A stretch of 62,425 nucleotides of DNA, the filler included, from Rhabdomonas costata (lineage: Eukaryota), in NCBI GenBank assembly GCA_019059605.1. It is 38 parts of 38 records of this genome, joined end to end, with 100 filler letters (N's around TTAATTAATTAA, not from the genome) between each part and the next. Parts side by side here need not be neighbours in the genome. Positions count along the whole stretch, not along the records: positions 60,875 to 62,425 come from JAHMHO010013240.1; 37 more parts are not named here. The stretch is one strand, 5' to 3'. The notes under the pieces were generated by a model that saw only the letters and a list, made by a program, of their open reading frames with translations, was not told where the DNA came from and did no database searches. How positions within the stretch are numbered: position 1 is the first letter of the stretch; every line of letters starts with the position of its first letter. Below are positions 61,900-62,425 of this stretch, piece by piece. The position numbers were made by a program, and so were the translations under genes.

Positions 61900-62425
61900 C
61901 TGAGCTTCACGGCACAAAGTATGGCACGTGGCAGAGGGTATGCTGGCGAAGACTCATTTTCAAGAAGCATTTCCTGATTCCACACCCACACCTTGTACCC
62001 CCCGGGGGCGATCCTGTTATCGACCGTGTGCGCCGGAGGCAGGCCTTGGGACCGTGCACTGATGCGTCAAGAGAACTGTTGGGCGCTCAGCCCGTGGGGA
62101 TCGTGATGCCAGCTTGTATGCCGCGGGGCTCTTTGCCGCCCCCCCTCTCGCAAACGTAATAATGAATGCCCAATAATTTATATAATGCCCAATAATTAAA
62201 GTAATAGTGAAGACTACCAGTTCTCTTCTGACTCTCTCCGCGTAAGAGCCTATTCACTTACTGATCGTGCCGGGCGGCGCCCGCAACACAGGCCCTGAAG
62301 AAGAACAGGCGGGTGCATCAACCCGGGTTCAGATCAACATTGGGAGAAGCCACTCATACCTCCTCTCCCTCATTCCCACAGGGACGCACGTCTCTTCGCT
62401 ACTCCGCTCTCCACCCACCACACAC

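Noticed and set aside
1-62425. Gene-sized nanochromosomes with telomeres, as in ciliates
   Set aside because: Terminal tracts are irregular, have the opposite polarity (G/T at the 5' end) and cut through exons. The uniform length reflects size sorting.
1-62425. Operon or gene-cluster interpretation of neighbouring genes (e.g. kinase + WD40 + LRR as one system)
   Set aside because: The contigs are unlinked; adjacency is an artefact of concatenation.
1-62425. rRNA, tRNA, CRISPR arrays or an alternative genetic code
   Set aside because: None recognisable by eye. Conserved exons translate cleanly in the standard code and end at TGA or TAG.

Overview
This is not one locus. It is a pseudo-scaffold of 38 unrelated, length-sorted contigs (almost all 1550-1554 bp; one is 1298 bp, one 1570 bp) joined by artificial 100-bp linkers (N44-TTAATTAATTAA-N44), so adjacency across linkers carries no biological meaning. 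Most contigs are nuclear DNA from an intron-rich protist: short GC-rich exons, 180-800 bp spliceosomal introns and microsatellites. Splicing by eye recovers fragments of a histidine kinase, PP2A-B55, a GONST/SLC35D-type transporter, two SET/SMYD proteins, UDP-glucose dehydrogenase, a PDR/ABCG transporter, two LRR proteins, an acyl-CoA synthetase, RAD51B, Nup62, PEX1, NRDE2 and HEATR1/UTP10. Family calls rest on motifs recognised from memory, not on database searches. Several hints point tentatively to a euglenozoan (euglenid-like) host. G/T-only contig starts, C/A-only ends and terminal fold-backs suggest whole-genome amplification. The most notable items are an AT-rich, decayed virus-like contig (PriCT-2/SF3 primase-helicase plus SF1 helicase; Polinton-like/virophage-like), an intronless array of highly uniform 42-aa WD40 repeats (NLR-like), a bacterial-type CBM-like/GH64 beta-1,3-glucanase carrying a spliceosomal donor, and a degenerate 5' splice-site code with at least two GC-AG introns. 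I cannot support a complete new biological system from fragments this short.
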